DNA of 64,000 bases from Macrostomum hystrix (GCA_950097015.1 CATNEN010000034.1:3782001-3846000), one strand, 5' to 3'; counted from the first letter of the stretch, positions 1 through 13,906 are shown. The notes: generated by a model from the letters alone, not told the origin. Made by a program: numbers and translations.

Positions 1-1538
1 ATGCCGCTATCCAGTAGTCCTTATTTAGAATGCCGCTATCCAGTAATCCTTATTTAGAATGCCGCTATCCAGTAATCCTTATTTAGAATGCCGCTATCCA
101 GTAGTCCTTATTTAGAATGCCGCTATCCAGTAGTCCTTATTTAGAATGCCGCTATCCAGTAATCCTTATTTAGAATGCCGCTATCCAGTAATCCTTATTT
201 AGAATGCCGCTATCCAGTAATCCTTATTTAGAATGCCGCTATCCAGTAATCCTTATTTAGAATGCCGCTATCCAGTAATCCTTATTTAGAATGCCGCTAT
301 CCAGTAATCCTTATTTAGAATGCCGCTATCCAGTAGTCCTTATTTAGAATGCCGCTATCCAGTAATCCTTATTTAGAATGCCGCTATCCAGTAATCCTTA
401 TTTAGAATGCCGCTATCCAGTAATCCTTATTTAGAATGCCGCTATCCATTAGTCCTTATTTAGAATGCCGCTATCCAGTAATCCTTATTTAGAATGCCGC
501 TATCCAGTAGTCCTTATTTAGAATGCCGCTATCCAGTAGTCCTTATTTAGAATGCCGCTATCCAGTAATCCTTATTTAGAATGCCGCTATCCAGTAATCC
601 TTATTTAGAATGCCGCTATCCAGTAATCCTTATTTAGAATGCCGCTATCCAGTAATCCTTATTTAGAATGCCGCTATCCATTAGTCCTTATTTAGAATGC
701 CGCTATCCAGTAATCCTTATTTAGAATGCCGCTATCCAGTAGTCCTTATTTAGAATGCCGCTATCCAGTAATCCTTATTTAGAATGCCGCTATCCAGTAG
801 TCCTTATTTAGAATGCCGCTATCCAGTAATCCTTATTTAGAATGCCGCTATCCAGTAATCCTTATTTAGAATGCCGCTATCCAGTAATCCTTATTTAGAA
901 TGCCGCTATCCAGTAGTCCTTATTTAGAATGCCGCTATCCAGTAGTCCTTATTTAGAATGCCGCTATCCAGTAATCCTTATTTAGAATGCCGCTATCCAG
1001 TAATCCTTATTTAGAATGCCGCTATCCATTAGTCCTTATTTAGAATGCCGCTATCCAGTAATCCTTATTTAGAATGCCGCTATCCAGTAATCCTTATTTA
1101 GAATGCCGCTATCCAGTAGTCCTTATTTAGAATGCCGCTATCCATTAGTCCTTATTTAGAATGCCGCTATCCAGTAATCCTTATTTAGAATGCCGCTATC
1201 CAGTAATCCTTATTTAGAATGCCGCTATCCAGTAATCCTTATTTAGAATGCCGCTATCCATTAGTCCTTATTTAGAATGCCGCTATCCAGTAATCCTTAT
1301 TTAGAATGCCGCTATCCAGTAATCCTTATTTAGAATGCCGCTATCCAGTAGTCCTTATTTAGAATGCCGCTATCCAGTAATCCTTATTTAGAATGCCGCT
1401 ATCCAGTAATCCTTATTTAGAATGCCGCTATCCAGTAATCCTTATTTAGAATGCCGCTATCCAGTAATCCTTATTTAGAATGCCGCTATCCAGTAATCCT
1501 TATTTAGAATGCCGCTATCCATTAGTCCTTATTTAGAA
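1..1538. repeat. 29-bp minisatellite (ATGCCGCTATCCAGTAATCCTTATTTAGA)n in a FUT8 intron
   Basis: About 53 head-to-tail copies with no spacers and only single-base variants; runs off the window start. Confidence 0.98.
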
Positions 1539-1571
1539 GTCCGCGAGAGTTTGCTGTAAAATTCAGCTAAC

Positions 1572-4500
1572 CTGAACTCCAACAATTGGTCTGGCAAAGC
1601 CCAGCCGTATCATATTGTCGTCCAATTGTTTTTGAAAGGCCGCATTCGGTCGCATAATGTAGCTGGATAAAACGCCGGCGAACCATACAAACGGATTGCC
1701 GTGAAGGCCGGATAATTCTTCGTGCAAATCGGCCGGTACAGCCTGCGGCAGGTAGGCCGGCTTGTGCGCCATCGCGTCAATGATTGGCACTTCAACTATT
1801 TGCGCGTTCTCTGCACCGGCGGCTGATAGAAATGGAATGCGTTAGAGACAAAGGGATTATTATTGATTGATTTACAGAAAATCAAGAAATTCATCTGAAA
1901 ACCAAGACCAACTAGGTGACTGACAGGTGAGTTGAGGCTAGCTGGGTGAGATACAGACAGTGATTGACACTGACAGGTGAGTTATGGATAGGTGGGTGAC
2001 AGACAGACAATGGTTGACAGGTGAGTTATCCTTAAAAGCAAATAAAATACTGACAGATAATTGAAGAGCAATCTATTAACAGTTTGAGAACGCCGAATTT
2101 CTAGTAGAGAAATTCTAATTGTATGTACAAAAGCCCATTGTATGTACAATATTGACGGTGGGTAGCGCTTACTGTGCGAGATGGGCAGCGCTTGCTAGCG
2201 ATCCTTAAAAGCCTGCAGCCCTGTTTAAGATTATTCAACAATAAATTCCACTCCTACTATTACTAACCTCTCAGCAACTTCCTCCCTGAAATCAACCGTG
2301 TAGTGTTTACAGAAATACCATTTATCGCGAACATCAGCTAAGATAAGATCACCCAAACTTTGTGCTTAGTTTATTGTTACAAAATTAGAACGTACTAAAG
2401 TAGAACCTGGATCATTTTCTAGTTAGTTAGCGCTAACGACCAAGACAAGAAGAAATTCTCGATACGTTTCTTCTGAACAAATAGTAATGAGCCTTAGCTA
2501 TTTGCTCTCAATCTTCCGGAATTCGTTATTTGTCTTATATGTAAGCTAATGACATTAATTAGAATCGATTACACCTGTCCCAATTAGGCCAGATGTGTAG
2601 CCGACAGCGCAGTCGCAACAATTGCGCGGCGTATCTAAGGGCTGCGTACGACTGTTCAGTCCATGGACTGAAGCACGCCAAACTCACGCTAAATTAGCCT
2701 CACCTAACCTCAATACTGAGTAACTTTTTAAACTGCTGGGTGAACTAAACCAATGTAAAGTTAAGTGTCGAGCTAAAGTACTTAAATTGTTCAAGTGAAG
2801 CCGAGAATAGAACCCCCGACCTTCAAGTCGTGAGTCCGACATTAAATATGTCAGTAATAGGAGGGGATATATGAGACGAGACTGAAAGTCATCAAAGTAA
2901 AAAAATCCTGCGTATAGTGCGATATAATCCATGAAGTGTAGAATTTAGCTGAATATTGTAATGCTCATATGATTAGCACAGCAGAGAGCACAGACGAGAA
3001 GGAATGAAAGAGCGAGCTAAAAGCATTGCCTAAGAAACGAAGTCAAGCAATTTCGCTAATACAGCATATAAGGCGAATCAATTCCGCTGCCCAGCAGTCG
3101 ACCGTGAAGGCGTCCTTCCCCAGAGCTGAGGAAGCGAGGCGCAGATTCCTCTCCCCCTTTCTATGAAAGCATTCCTATTTCGGGATTTCGTTCCCGGGCA
3201 CCTTCTATATAGCTCTCCTCCGTTCACTTTCTCTACCTTGGGGGAGCGCAAAATAGGATTTTGCAGCTGCGTGCATGGAATTCGAAAATTCTAGGCCATA
3301 TTTTTTAACCAGCATACATTATTGCGACATTATTACTAGTTACTAAAGCAGGCAAGGGCTTTGTAATTTGATTAGATCCTAATTAGAAAAGCAACAAAGA
3401 AAATTCGCCTAAAATCACCTATTATTAATAATTTGCATGTCAACAAAATCATCTTTGCCATATAATATTTTATCGTAACAAATTTTTCTGCAGCTCCAAG
3501 AGGTATTCAGTTGGTGCAGTCAACTAAACTATAGACTATTGGACACACTAAAGACACACAGCAAGTGGACCCAACCATAGACTATTGGACACACTAAAGA
3601 CACACAGCAAGGGGACCCAACCATAGACTATTGGACACACTAAAGACACACAGCAAGTGGACCCAACCATAGACTATTGGACACACTAAAGACACACAGC
3701 AAGTGGACCCAACCATAGACTATTGGACACACTAAAGACACACAGCAAGTGGACCCAACCATAGACTATTGGACACACTAAAGACACACAGCAAGTGGAC
3801 CCAACCATAGACTATTGGACACACTAAAGACACACAGCAAGTGGACCCAACCATAGACTATTGGACACACTAAAGACACACAGCAAGTGGACCCAACCAT
3901 AGACTATTGGACACACTAAAGACACACAGCAAGTGGACCCAACCATAGACTATTGGACACACTAAAGACACACAGCAAGTGGACCCAACCATAGACTATT
4001 GGACACACTAAAGACACACAGCAAGGGGACCCAACCATAGACTATTGGACACACTAAAGACACACAGCAAGTGGACCCAACCATAGACTATTGGACACAC
4101 TAAAGACACACAGCAAGTGGACCCAACCATAGACTATTGGACACACTAAAGACACACAGCAAGTGGACCCAACCATAGACTATTGGACACACTAAAGACA
4201 CACAGCAAGTGGACCCAACCATAGACTATTGGACACACTAAAGACACACAGCAAGTGGACCCAACCATAGACTATTGGACACACTAAAGACACACAGCAA
4301 GTGGACCCAACCATAGACTATTGGACACACTAAAGACACACAGCAAGTGGACCCAACCATAGACTATTGGACACACTAAAGACACACAGCAAGTGGACCC
4401 AACCATAGACTATTGGACACACTAAAGACACACAGCAAGTGGACCCAACCATAGACTATTGGACACACTAAAGACACACAGCAAGTGGACCCAACCATAG

Positions 4501-5976
4501 ACTATTGGACACACTAAAGACACACAGCAAGTGGACCCAACCATAGACTATTGGACACACTAAAGACACACAGCAAGTGGACCCAACCATAGACTATTGG
4601 ACACATCGCAATGACACTCAACGAGAGGGCTCAACCATATACTAATGGGTATTACTCGTATAATCCGAGATAGTACAGCTCAGTAAAAAAACAAGAGACA
4701 ATCAAGCCAATCAAAACTCACCTCCCCATTGTTTCGTTTCGCCGGTGCCTCTGTCGACGCAGTTTCGACTCAAAGGCTCAAACACAGACGTCCAGCCGCC
4801 CCTTGAGTAGCGCCAATTTGTACTGTCCAATATAAAAGTTCTACCAGTAGAATAAGCCAAGGTCATACAATACAGCACGTGATGCGCCTGGCAACCAAAG
4901 CCGCATCCTTTGTTTAGATTGCAGACCAACTTTTTGGCTGATTCGCAATTCTTCGGATTCTGCAATCGAACAATGCGGCCAAGCAGGTCAGTCTGCAGAC
5001 GCGCCAAACTGCGCCTGCGCCAATCAGCGGCGCCGCCAGCTTCGGCTAGGGATTCGGTCTCGACGTTGACTAATCTAATGAGCTCATTGACCGACTCAGC
5101 CAATGAGCCTAGCCGAGCGGTGGTTTCGCCGGCGCTTGGCCGCTTCTCGGTTAGATCTTTGCGCAATACGGTCAGCTGGCCATTGAGCATGTAGTACAAT
5201 TCGCGAATGCCGTCCTGAACGCGTCGCCGAAGTCGTTCGTGATTCCAGTCAATGCGCGGCAATCTGGAGTCGCCGCTGACGCCGCAATTCACACTAACCG
5301 GGCGCTGCAAAGATCCTGATAACTGCGAACTGCTGCCGTTTCTAAGGCTGATTAACTCTTCATAGAGGGGCCTGGATAATTAGAGAGATAATCAGTTGAG
5401 CACATTTTTAAGACTCGGGCTTATGAGACTGCTGAGCATTAATAAATGGGATCATGAGGATCTGGGAGAAAAGCACTCACAAGGATCTGGGAGAAAAGTA
5501 GCTGTGAAGGATCTGGGATAATAGAGTACAAAGATCCCCAATTATAGCTCAGAATGAGGATATGCTAAAGTAGAAATAAGTATTTAAGAAATCCTAGCAG
5601 TATGAGGATATATAAGTACAGGTGTATGAGGATTCGAGATAGACATAGGTAATGTGAATGCTCTTTAAAAGAATAACAATTTAGTAGAGTTGAATACTTT
5701 TATAACTCAGCAATTTATTTTTACTTTTTAAGCACAAACAAATAATGGAAAACATTTAGCTACTTACTTTATTTGCTCTGAATATAAAACAACTTTGTCT
5801 GATTGTTGCTTTAAGTCATTAATCCTTTCTCTTAAGTCTTTGAGTGTCCATGAAAATGATTTTTCATCCTCAAGAGGTAATTCAAACTTTTGAGTGCTCA
5901 TGTAGAGCAATGCTAAGGACCAGATAGCTAAGCAGACAAAGATGAAATGTTTCCAAGTAAGTAGTCTATAGCGCAT
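1572..5976 (-). CDS. FUT8: Alpha-(1,6)-fucosyltransferase, 5' three coding exons (5976-5768, 5371-4722, 1822-1572); 3' part lies outside the window
   Basis: N-terminal type II TM segment (FIFVCLAIWSLALLY). RLQNPKNCESAKKLVCNLNKGCGFGCQAHHVLYC and EVPIID...PAYLPQAVPADL...FVWF...GFARPIVGVQV match FUT8 motifs. GT-AG junctions are phase-consistent. Confidence 0.93.
2555..2845 (-). mobile_element. tRNA-derived SINE, diverged copy
   Basis: Reverse complement aligns with 25503-25815 (B-box-like GGTTCTATTCTCGG, central domain, CAGTCCATGGACTG palindrome, GCAGGTGTAATC-like tail). Confidence 0.8.
3532..4605. repeat. 46-bp minisatellite in a FUT8 intron
   Basis: Unit ATAGACTATTGGACACACTAAAGACACACAGCAAGTGGACCCAACC, about 23 near-identical copies. 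Confidence 0.97.
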
Positions 5977-8018
5977 TTTTATGCTGGAATGAAATAGCAA
6001 TTTTTACAGAAAATGTCCAAAAATACTTAATTGCTTAAATTGTATTGAACAAAACACTTAGGAGTTAATTATATTCAAGCTATAACAAAATGATATAGTG
6101 GAGAAATTTAGTATAGAAGAAAACAATAGTCTTATAATATTATTAACTTACAATACATAAACTAATGTCAAACAACAAAATAGAAACATGAAGTTCCCCC
6201 ATCAAGATCATGTTAAAATTTAAGTCACTATCCAAATATATCTGGCTAGTACTTAGTACTAGCCTAGTCAAAGCTAGAGAACAATTTATAGGATTTTTTC
6301 TGTTATATAATATAGCATAAATTTAGGACTGGTTTACTTGGTATACTTATGATACTTTTCTGTTGGTGGTGTCACATTAAACAAACAGGTTTAGCTTTGA
6401 ATGGTTTTAATACAAACATGTAAGACCCTTACAGTAGACTTAGTTTGTCATTTCTAGCTTAGTTCCAATACTAATATTTTTGTAATTGACCTCTCACTTG
6501 AAAATACCAAAAGTGAAATGCAAAATAGCTTAGTTATGTTAGCTATCCATTAAGCCTATCACATAGCTATCACTTAAAGTCAAAGATCCACACAAACAAT
6601 TACTTTTATTTTTAAGAGATGGTTAGGCCTATATGAAAAAAGTGCCATAACATAGCTATGGTAAAAATTTGAAGTTAATTTAATTAGGTAGGTTATAAAT
6701 TCTCACAAAAAATGCTTATCAAACTTAAGAATCGATACAATATTACAGATAACAAAACGTAAAATTAAAATGAAATATGCAAATAGTAGGGCCTAAACAC
6801 CTAGCTAAATACTAGCCAGGCGCCTTAGCTAGCTACAAAGCAAAAAAGCAAATTTATACAAAAATTAAAATACTACTTTAGAGTATACAATTGTGATCAA
6901 ATTAAACACAAATGCTCGTAAAACAGCGGCAATGAGTAATAAGTAGATAATACAATCGTTCAAAAGTGCCACAAGCACCACATATTTTTTGGAAAGGCCT
7001 AGTTTCTAGGAAACTTAAACTGTTCTAAAGTGGTCCGGAGAAGGTAGAAGCCTCGACGTGTTACACACTGATTATATTCAATGTTTGGATACAAACTTTA
7101 GGTTTTTGCCGAATTTTATTTGAAACTGTTGAGTTCTTTAGAGCACTGAGAAACAAAATCTTTTTAAATTTACACGATTTGTTTTTAACAGTCATTAACG
7201 TGAGCACGCTTTTAACTTTGAAAGTTTGTGACATTTATTTTTCAGAAGGCCGGCCTCATTACAGAACGTAGCTTTCTTCTCAGTATAATTTTGTATGGTT
7301 CATGTCCAACACTTGGCACTAGTTCCCGATTAGTTAGCTGTTAAAAAGAATAACAGATTTTTCTTTTTAAAATCGAATATTTCATTCAAAAGACAAAGTC
7401 AATTGCGATTTATCAAGTTGTTTCTCTACGCTTTTGAAAAAATTGAAAGGCCTTTATTTCAATTTAGACAGCTATACTACTTTTCTAAAAAACTTTTTAA
7501 CTATCTCTTTTTAACCATAGTGTTTAAAGTAACTGTCTTGTCATCATTTCAACTATTATTGTTTATATTATAATCCTAATAGATAAAAACCTGAAAAGCG
7601 ATTTAGTCTTTACCAGATTAAATCAATCAAAATTTCAAAATGGTGAGTCTTATTAATCAATTAATCATGATATTGACGATGATTGTGTTTAAAATATTAT
7701 AATCATCTCTCTCACTGTGATTGTCACTGTCACTCACTTTATCGTGAATATATTAGTAAAAATTCACTTCTCTTCTGTTTATTATTATTTCCTAATTCCC
7801 ACTTTTTTCCTTTCTAATTACCATATAAATAATCTGCACAGAAATTGTTAAGGGGTTTTATTTTTATAATTAGCCTAAAATGCCAGGTTATTTTTTTAAA
7901 GTTTTTAATCAAATCATGACCCAAAATCTAAAAGCATCTTCGTCAGCTTTATCTTTTATGTAATACATTACTGTAAAAACAATTCAGATTTGTATAATTG
8001 AAATATTGCTCTTTTTAG

Positions 8019-9336
8019 ATGCAGTTTATGTTAATGTTCAGCCGGCAGGGGAAGCTTCGCCTACAGAAATGGTACACATCCCAATCAGAGAAAGCAAAGA
8101 AGAAGATTATACGCGATCTGGTGACTGTGGTGCTTGCACGCAAACCTAAGATGTGCGCCTTCATCGAGTGGAAAGACTTGAAAATCGTATACAAAAGGTA
8201 AGGCACATGGTCGACTTTTTCCTTAAAAACCCTATTGCTTTTTTCGATCGCAAAGCAACGCCAAAGGTGACTGTCAATAATCAGATAGATTTCATGATCT
8301 GATTGCAGCTTCATGATGGAAGTGTACTTAATGTGTTTATAATGTTACAATAAGAAGCTGCAAACTTGATTGTAGGTATGCTAGCTTGTACTTCTGCTGT
8401 GCCATCGAGCAGCAGGACAATGAACTGCTCTGCCTAGAGATTATTCATCGCTACGTTGAGCTGCTGGACATGTACTTTGGCAGTGTGAGTAACAATTATA
8501 AAGTTATTAGCAATTTGAAATCACACTAGGGTCAGTATTACGCATTTGATTCTTTAAATTTCCGTGAATTAATTAGCATATCAAAAAGAAATTTCTGAAT
8601 AACCAAAAAACTACAGGTTTGTGAGCTGGACATTATATTCAACTTTGAGCGAGCCTACTTTATGCTAGACGAATTCATGCTGGCCGGGGAGGTACAGGAG
8701 ACCAGCAAGAAGAATGTGCTCAAAGCCATCGCTGCTCAAGATCTGCTGCAAGAGGTTCGGCTATTCTTGTTTTCGCATTCGATACTGCATAGCAATCTGG
8801 ATTTTGTCATTTTTATTCATTTAAATTGAATCAAAAATGAAAAAGCAATTATTTCCATAATTTGACCATAATTTTCAGTGTTAGAATCAATCCTACTATA
8901 ATACTAATAGTAGTATGGAGAACGCTATTTAAAAGCAAAGCAGCTATATTTTCATTCCCGATAGAAGGAAGAAGCACCTCAGGGACTGTTTGACGACTAC
9001 GGTTTGAGCTAAGATAGGCCGAATCATAATTCAATGAGAGCATACTATTTGAAGTCTGAAGAAAATTGTGAGGTGTTGTGATTCACGTGCTGGTGCACGT
9101 TTAATCTTGCCAATTTTCTCACAGGCGCTTTGCGTTTGATCAGCATGTTGGTTGAGCAGTTTATTTACTGCGCATTATTTAATGATGAGGGATTTTACTT
9201 TCTCCCACAAACATTTAGCGGCTGTAAGTATAGTCTAACAGCCGCATTTTACCTGCATTTTACCTTTATCCAGGAATGCGAAGAACCGAAGTCACTATTG
9301 GAGGAGCTGGGCGTTATCAGCACCGGAATTTCCTAA
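8019..9336 (+). CDS. AP1S: AP-1 adaptor complex sigma subunit; exons 8019-8197, 8376-8484, 8617-8754, then 8965-9012 or 9274-9336
   Basis: [19 protein letters not shown]...[61 protein letters not shown]...[17 protein letters not shown] is the sigma-1 signature; splice phases are consistent. Confidence 0.95.
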
Positions 9337-10147
9337 ATCTAGATTTAGTATAGCACACTATAGTATATTTGAGTTAATGACACAGTAAACATTCCGCCTG
9401 TCATTGCCTTTTGTTGGCCTTCCTTTAATTGAGCAGAGCCTGTTGGCTGCATTCCAATATTAGTACTTTTTCTATTTATGACAGTTTTTTGTTACTGATA
9501 CACTTCACTTCTTGTTAAATTTACTTCTATTTTTCGATACTACTCACTCAACAATACTTCTTCCATTGTTATTAACCGTTTTTATATTATATACTTCTAC
9601 TAACTAGGATAATATTTTAGCAATTGTCAGCTGTTTAACTCACAAGTAATTTGACTTATAGGCATAGCTGAATTTATCAAGTTAATTAGATAATATATTT
9701 GTTTTTTTATCCCTTCTTTAGGTTCTGAGTTCGGATTCGAGGCCACATGTTGCGTAAAATTAATTCCTAGCTCATAGATTGCCGATGGATGAGGTGTGAA
9801 TGGAGTGGTAGGTTAGATTAAGTATAACTACCTATGAGAGCAAATTCAACGAAAAAGAGAAAATATGTGCTTTCAAATGGCTTTTAACAGTTTAAATTGA
9901 ACTCTTTAAAGTAAGATGCCAAACATACGAGTAGTTTACTTGAAAACAGCGTATTATACAGAGCATAGGCATTCAAATAACGCCAGTCCAAAATGCACGA
10001 TAACAAATGAATAAGAAGTGTCCCAATATATATAGAGAACTACTAATAAGCATCCATCGCGTGCACGTTGATATTTTTACAGAGGAAACCTAATTAGCTA
10101 TACAGTACTGACATTAGTCCGTTGGAGCCAGCAGTTTAAACTAGCTG

Positions 10148-11414
10148 TCAGCGCCCAATCTGTGCCAATGGGCCCCGGCCCCAGCCCTGCAGCGGGGGCC
10201 CCTCGGAGGAAACTGGCACGGCGGCGTTGACTTGGCCAGCAACTGCACTATTGCGCAACTGTTGACGCACAGAGCCCAACTGATAGGCTAGCAACAGGTA
10301 CTGCTGTACGGTGACAGTGTAGGTGTAATCAACGGGACAATGCTGCGGCTGCTGAGTCAGGTGGACTTGTAGAGCCTCGTTTGGCTGTTCAACAACCGCG
10401 GCCCGCTCCGGGAAAGCGTTGACAAAGAACTCCTGCAGCAGAGGCCAGCCGAATCTTAACCGATTGCAGGGTCGATATTCCACTTCAACGAATACGCCTT
10501 TGACGCTGTGCGACTGCAATGAAATCGAAGCTTCATCTTTCGATCATCTGTCTTTCTAAAGGACACAAATTGTTCCAGTGGAGCCGGGAATCGAACCCAC
10601 GACCTTCAAATCGTGAGTCATACTCTTTAACGACTAAAGAGTCTAACCGCCTCCAAAAAATAAAATATAATATAATATAATATAATACGCTACCTCGGGC
10701 CCAACCCATCAATCGCGAGGTTTTTACAACGCTGCAGGACGGACTGGCGGACCAACCTGACAGGGGTGAGCGCAATGGGCGCCCTTAAAGGCCAACCTTC
10801 AAGGCACAGTGAAAGTGCACACTCAGGAGTCAGCGAAATGGGCATAATTGCCACCACCGATGGCTGCGGGTCTAGTGTCACAAAATGACGTGCCATTGCC
10901 CGCAGCCCTCCTGGAGATAATATTGTTAGTTCTTTTTTGTGACTACGAATCGAGCGCTCACCTGGCCAAACACGGCCGTGGCCAGTCGAACAGTGAAATC
11001 GCCTAACCGGTACTTCGGCCCGCGGCAATGCGTGGCCTGACCCGGCTTGACCTGGTAAAGAGCGCGCAGCTGGCCCAGCAGCATGCCGAACATCGAGTCC
11101 GCGGACACCAGCTGCCCCGCCGAGCCGGCGCCAGAGCCATCGGCTGACGGCAGACCGGACGGCAAAATAAACGTTGAGACTGGGGCCTCAGACGAGGCCA
11201 CGACATGCAGAGTCCGCTGATGCTGCTGATGCTGCTGTATGGGCACATAAACCTCCATGTCCAGGCTGAACTGGCCGGGCTCTCGTTCAGCGCCGAGTCG
11301 TTCCAGCCGGCCGGATAGATCTTCAACCAGCTGCTGGCCGGACAGGCTCGGCTGCTGCTGCAGTTGATCGCCCGTCGCAGAGCCGGTCTCGAAGAATGCG
11401 ACAATCGTGACGCC
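10148..11414 (-). CDS. MED20: Mediator subunit 20; exons 11414-10962 and 10513-10148; no genomic ATG adjacent to the first exon
   Basis: GVTIVA...LERLGAEREPGQFSLDMEVY...RGPKYRLGDFTVRLATAVFGQ|SHSVKGVFVEVEYRPC parallels MED20 (MGVT...LEMLGAEKQGTF...RGTRYQYCDFLVKVGTV...GISVEVEYGPC). Confidence 0.85.
10548..10655 (-). mobile_element. 5' fragment (tRNA head) of the same SINE family, in the MED20 intron
   Basis: Reverse complement reads GACTCACGATTTGAAGGTCGTGGGTTCGATTCCCGGCTCCACTGGAACAATTTGTGTCCTTTAG, matching 25540-25605. Confidence 0.8.
10778..10915 (+). repeat. Dispersed structured repeat, copy A (MED20 intron, antisense to host)
   Basis: Shares CCTTRARGGCCAACC..AAGGC, CAGGAGTCAGCGAAATGG, AATTGCC and GGCTGCGGGTCTAGTGTCAC blocks with the copies at about 20400, 27250 and 39722. 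Confidence 0.75.
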
Positions 11415-11574
11415 CTTCGAGACGGATGTTCGCGTTAGACTCAAGCTTTTACGCAAAATCTCTCTTCAACCCTGTCTATCTCGTCCTTCACAATCGCTAT
11501 CACTCCGTTCTATCTTGCATCTCCTCTACCACCATCGCTCTACTGTCTGTCTATCTCACACACTGAGATCTCTC

Positions 11575-13270
11575 ACCTCCTACTAACCCTCCATCTGTCA
11601 CCTCCCACTAACTCTCCATCTGTCACCTCCTTCTAACCCTCCATCTGTCACCTCCTACTAACTCTCCCTCTGTCACCTCCTACTAACCCTCCATCTGTCA
11701 CCTCCTACTAACCCTCCATCTGTCACCTCCTACTAACTCTCCGTCTGTCACCTCCTACTAACTCTCCCTCAGTCACCTCCAACTAACTCTCCATCTGTCA
11801 CCTCCTACTAACTCTCCATCTGTCACCTCCTACGAACCCTCCATCTGTCACCTCCTACTAACTCTCCGTCTGTCACCTCCTACTAACTCTCCCTCAGTCA
11901 CCTCCAACTAACTCTCCATCTGTCACCTCCTACTAACCCTCCATCTGTCACCTCCTACTAACCCTCCATCTGTCACCTCCTACTAACTCTCCGTCTGTCA
12001 CCTCCTACTAACTCTCCCTCTGTCACCTCCTACTAACTCTCCATCTGTCACCTCTTACTAACCCTCCATCTGTCACCTCCTACTAACTCTCCGTCTGTCA
12101 CCTCCTACTAACTCTCCGTCTGTCACCTCCTACTAACTCTCCCTCAGTCACCTCCAACTAACTCTCCATCTGTCACCTCCTACTAACCCTCCATCTGTCA
12201 CCTCCTACTAACCCTCCATCTGTCACCTCCTACTAACTCTCCGTCTGTCACCTCCTACTAACTCTCCGTCTGTCACCTCCTACTAACTCTCCGTCTGTCA
12301 CCTCCTACTAACTCTCCCTCAGTCACCTCCAACTAACTCTCCATCTGTCACCTCCTACTAACCCTCCATCTGTCACCTCCTACTAACCCTCCATCTGTCA
12401 CCTCCTACTAACTCTCCGTCTGTCACCTCCTACTAACTCTCCGTCTGTCACCTCCTACTAACTCTCCCTCAGTCACCTCCAACTAACTCTATATCTGTCA
12501 CCTCCTAGTAACTCTCCATCAGTCACCTCCTACTAACTCTCCCTCAGTCACCTCCTACTAACTCTCCATCTGTCACCTCCTACGAACCCTCCATCTGTCA
12601 CCTCCTACTAACTCTCCGTCTGTCACCTCCTACTAACTCTCCCTCAGTCACCTCCAACTAACTCTCCATCTGTCACCTCCTACTAACCCTCCATCTGTCA
12701 CCTCCTACTAACCCTCCATCTGTCACCTCCTACTAACTCTCCGTCTGTCACCTCCTACTAACTCTCCCTCTGTCACCTCCTACTAACTCTCCATCTGTCA
12801 CCTCTTACTAACCCTCCATCTGTCACCTCCTACTAACTCTCCGTCTGTCACCTCCTACTAACTCTCCGTCTGTCACCTCCTACTAACTCTCCCTCAGTCA
12901 CCTCCAACTAACTCTCCATCTGTCACCTCCTACTAACCCTCCATCTGTCACCTCCTACTAACCCTCCATCTGTCACCTCCTACTAACTCTCCGTCTGTCA
13001 CCTCCTACTAACTCTCCGTCTGTCACCTCCTACTAACTCTCCCTCAGTCACCTCCAACTAACTCTATATCTGTCACCTCCTAGTAACTCTCCATCAGTCA
13101 CCTCCTACTAACTCTCCCTCAGTCACCTCCAACTAACTCTCCATCTGTCACCTCCTACTAACTCTCCATCTGTCACCTCCTACGAACCCTCCATCTCTCA
13201 CCTTAAACTAACTCTCCATCTCTCACCTCCTACTGACTCTCCATCTGTCACCTTAAACTAACTCGCATCT
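11575..13270. repeat. 25-bp minisatellite (TACTAACTCTCCATCTGTCACCTCC)n between TOM7 and MED20
   Basis: About 65-70 copies with higher-order variant patterns. Confidence 0.97.
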
Positions 13271-13906
13271 CTCAACTACTAACTCTCATGCTCTAATTTC
13301 CCCGTTCAAGTCTAATCTATTTCTTACATAAGAACAAACGTATAAAGAGGTTAAAGCCTCAAGAGAGTAAATTAAGTCCATAAAACAACAAGTATCTTAT
13401 CTAACCGATAAACGCCATCTTTCAGTGTATCCTAAAAGCACAATAAATCACTTCAGTTTTAATCAGGTCACAGTTAAGACGCTGAGACAAAATGGTTGAA
13501 ATTTTTGTTAACAACAAAACTTAACAAATTTCATTTACTTCGCATATTAAACTACAAAAAATTGGACTAACTAGCAAACACAGAAAGGTGCAAAAATAGG
13601 CATATGATTAAATGGTTAGAGATGCCACAAATTGTCTTTCTTACTCGCAGATTGATTTCTGATAAACTTAATCCATAACAAACCAAAAGGTCTCGCCAAC
13701 TGAGGCACACGCAATTGCTCAGCCACGGTTACTTCGTATTATATGGATCATTTACATGTTCTCTAAATCTACTAAGCACATTAAGCGACCCAGTAAAATA
13801 ATATGAAAAACCCCAGTGCACTACTATGCACAGTAGAGTAGTTAGAGAAATTAACAAAAATGTAGCTAAAAGCACTTTGTTTATCCCAGTTTGATTGGAT
13901 AATAAG

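Noticed and set aside
1-1538. 29-bp repeat array as CRISPR
   Set aside because: Repeats are contiguous with no spacers, there are no cas genes, and the context is a eukaryotic intron.
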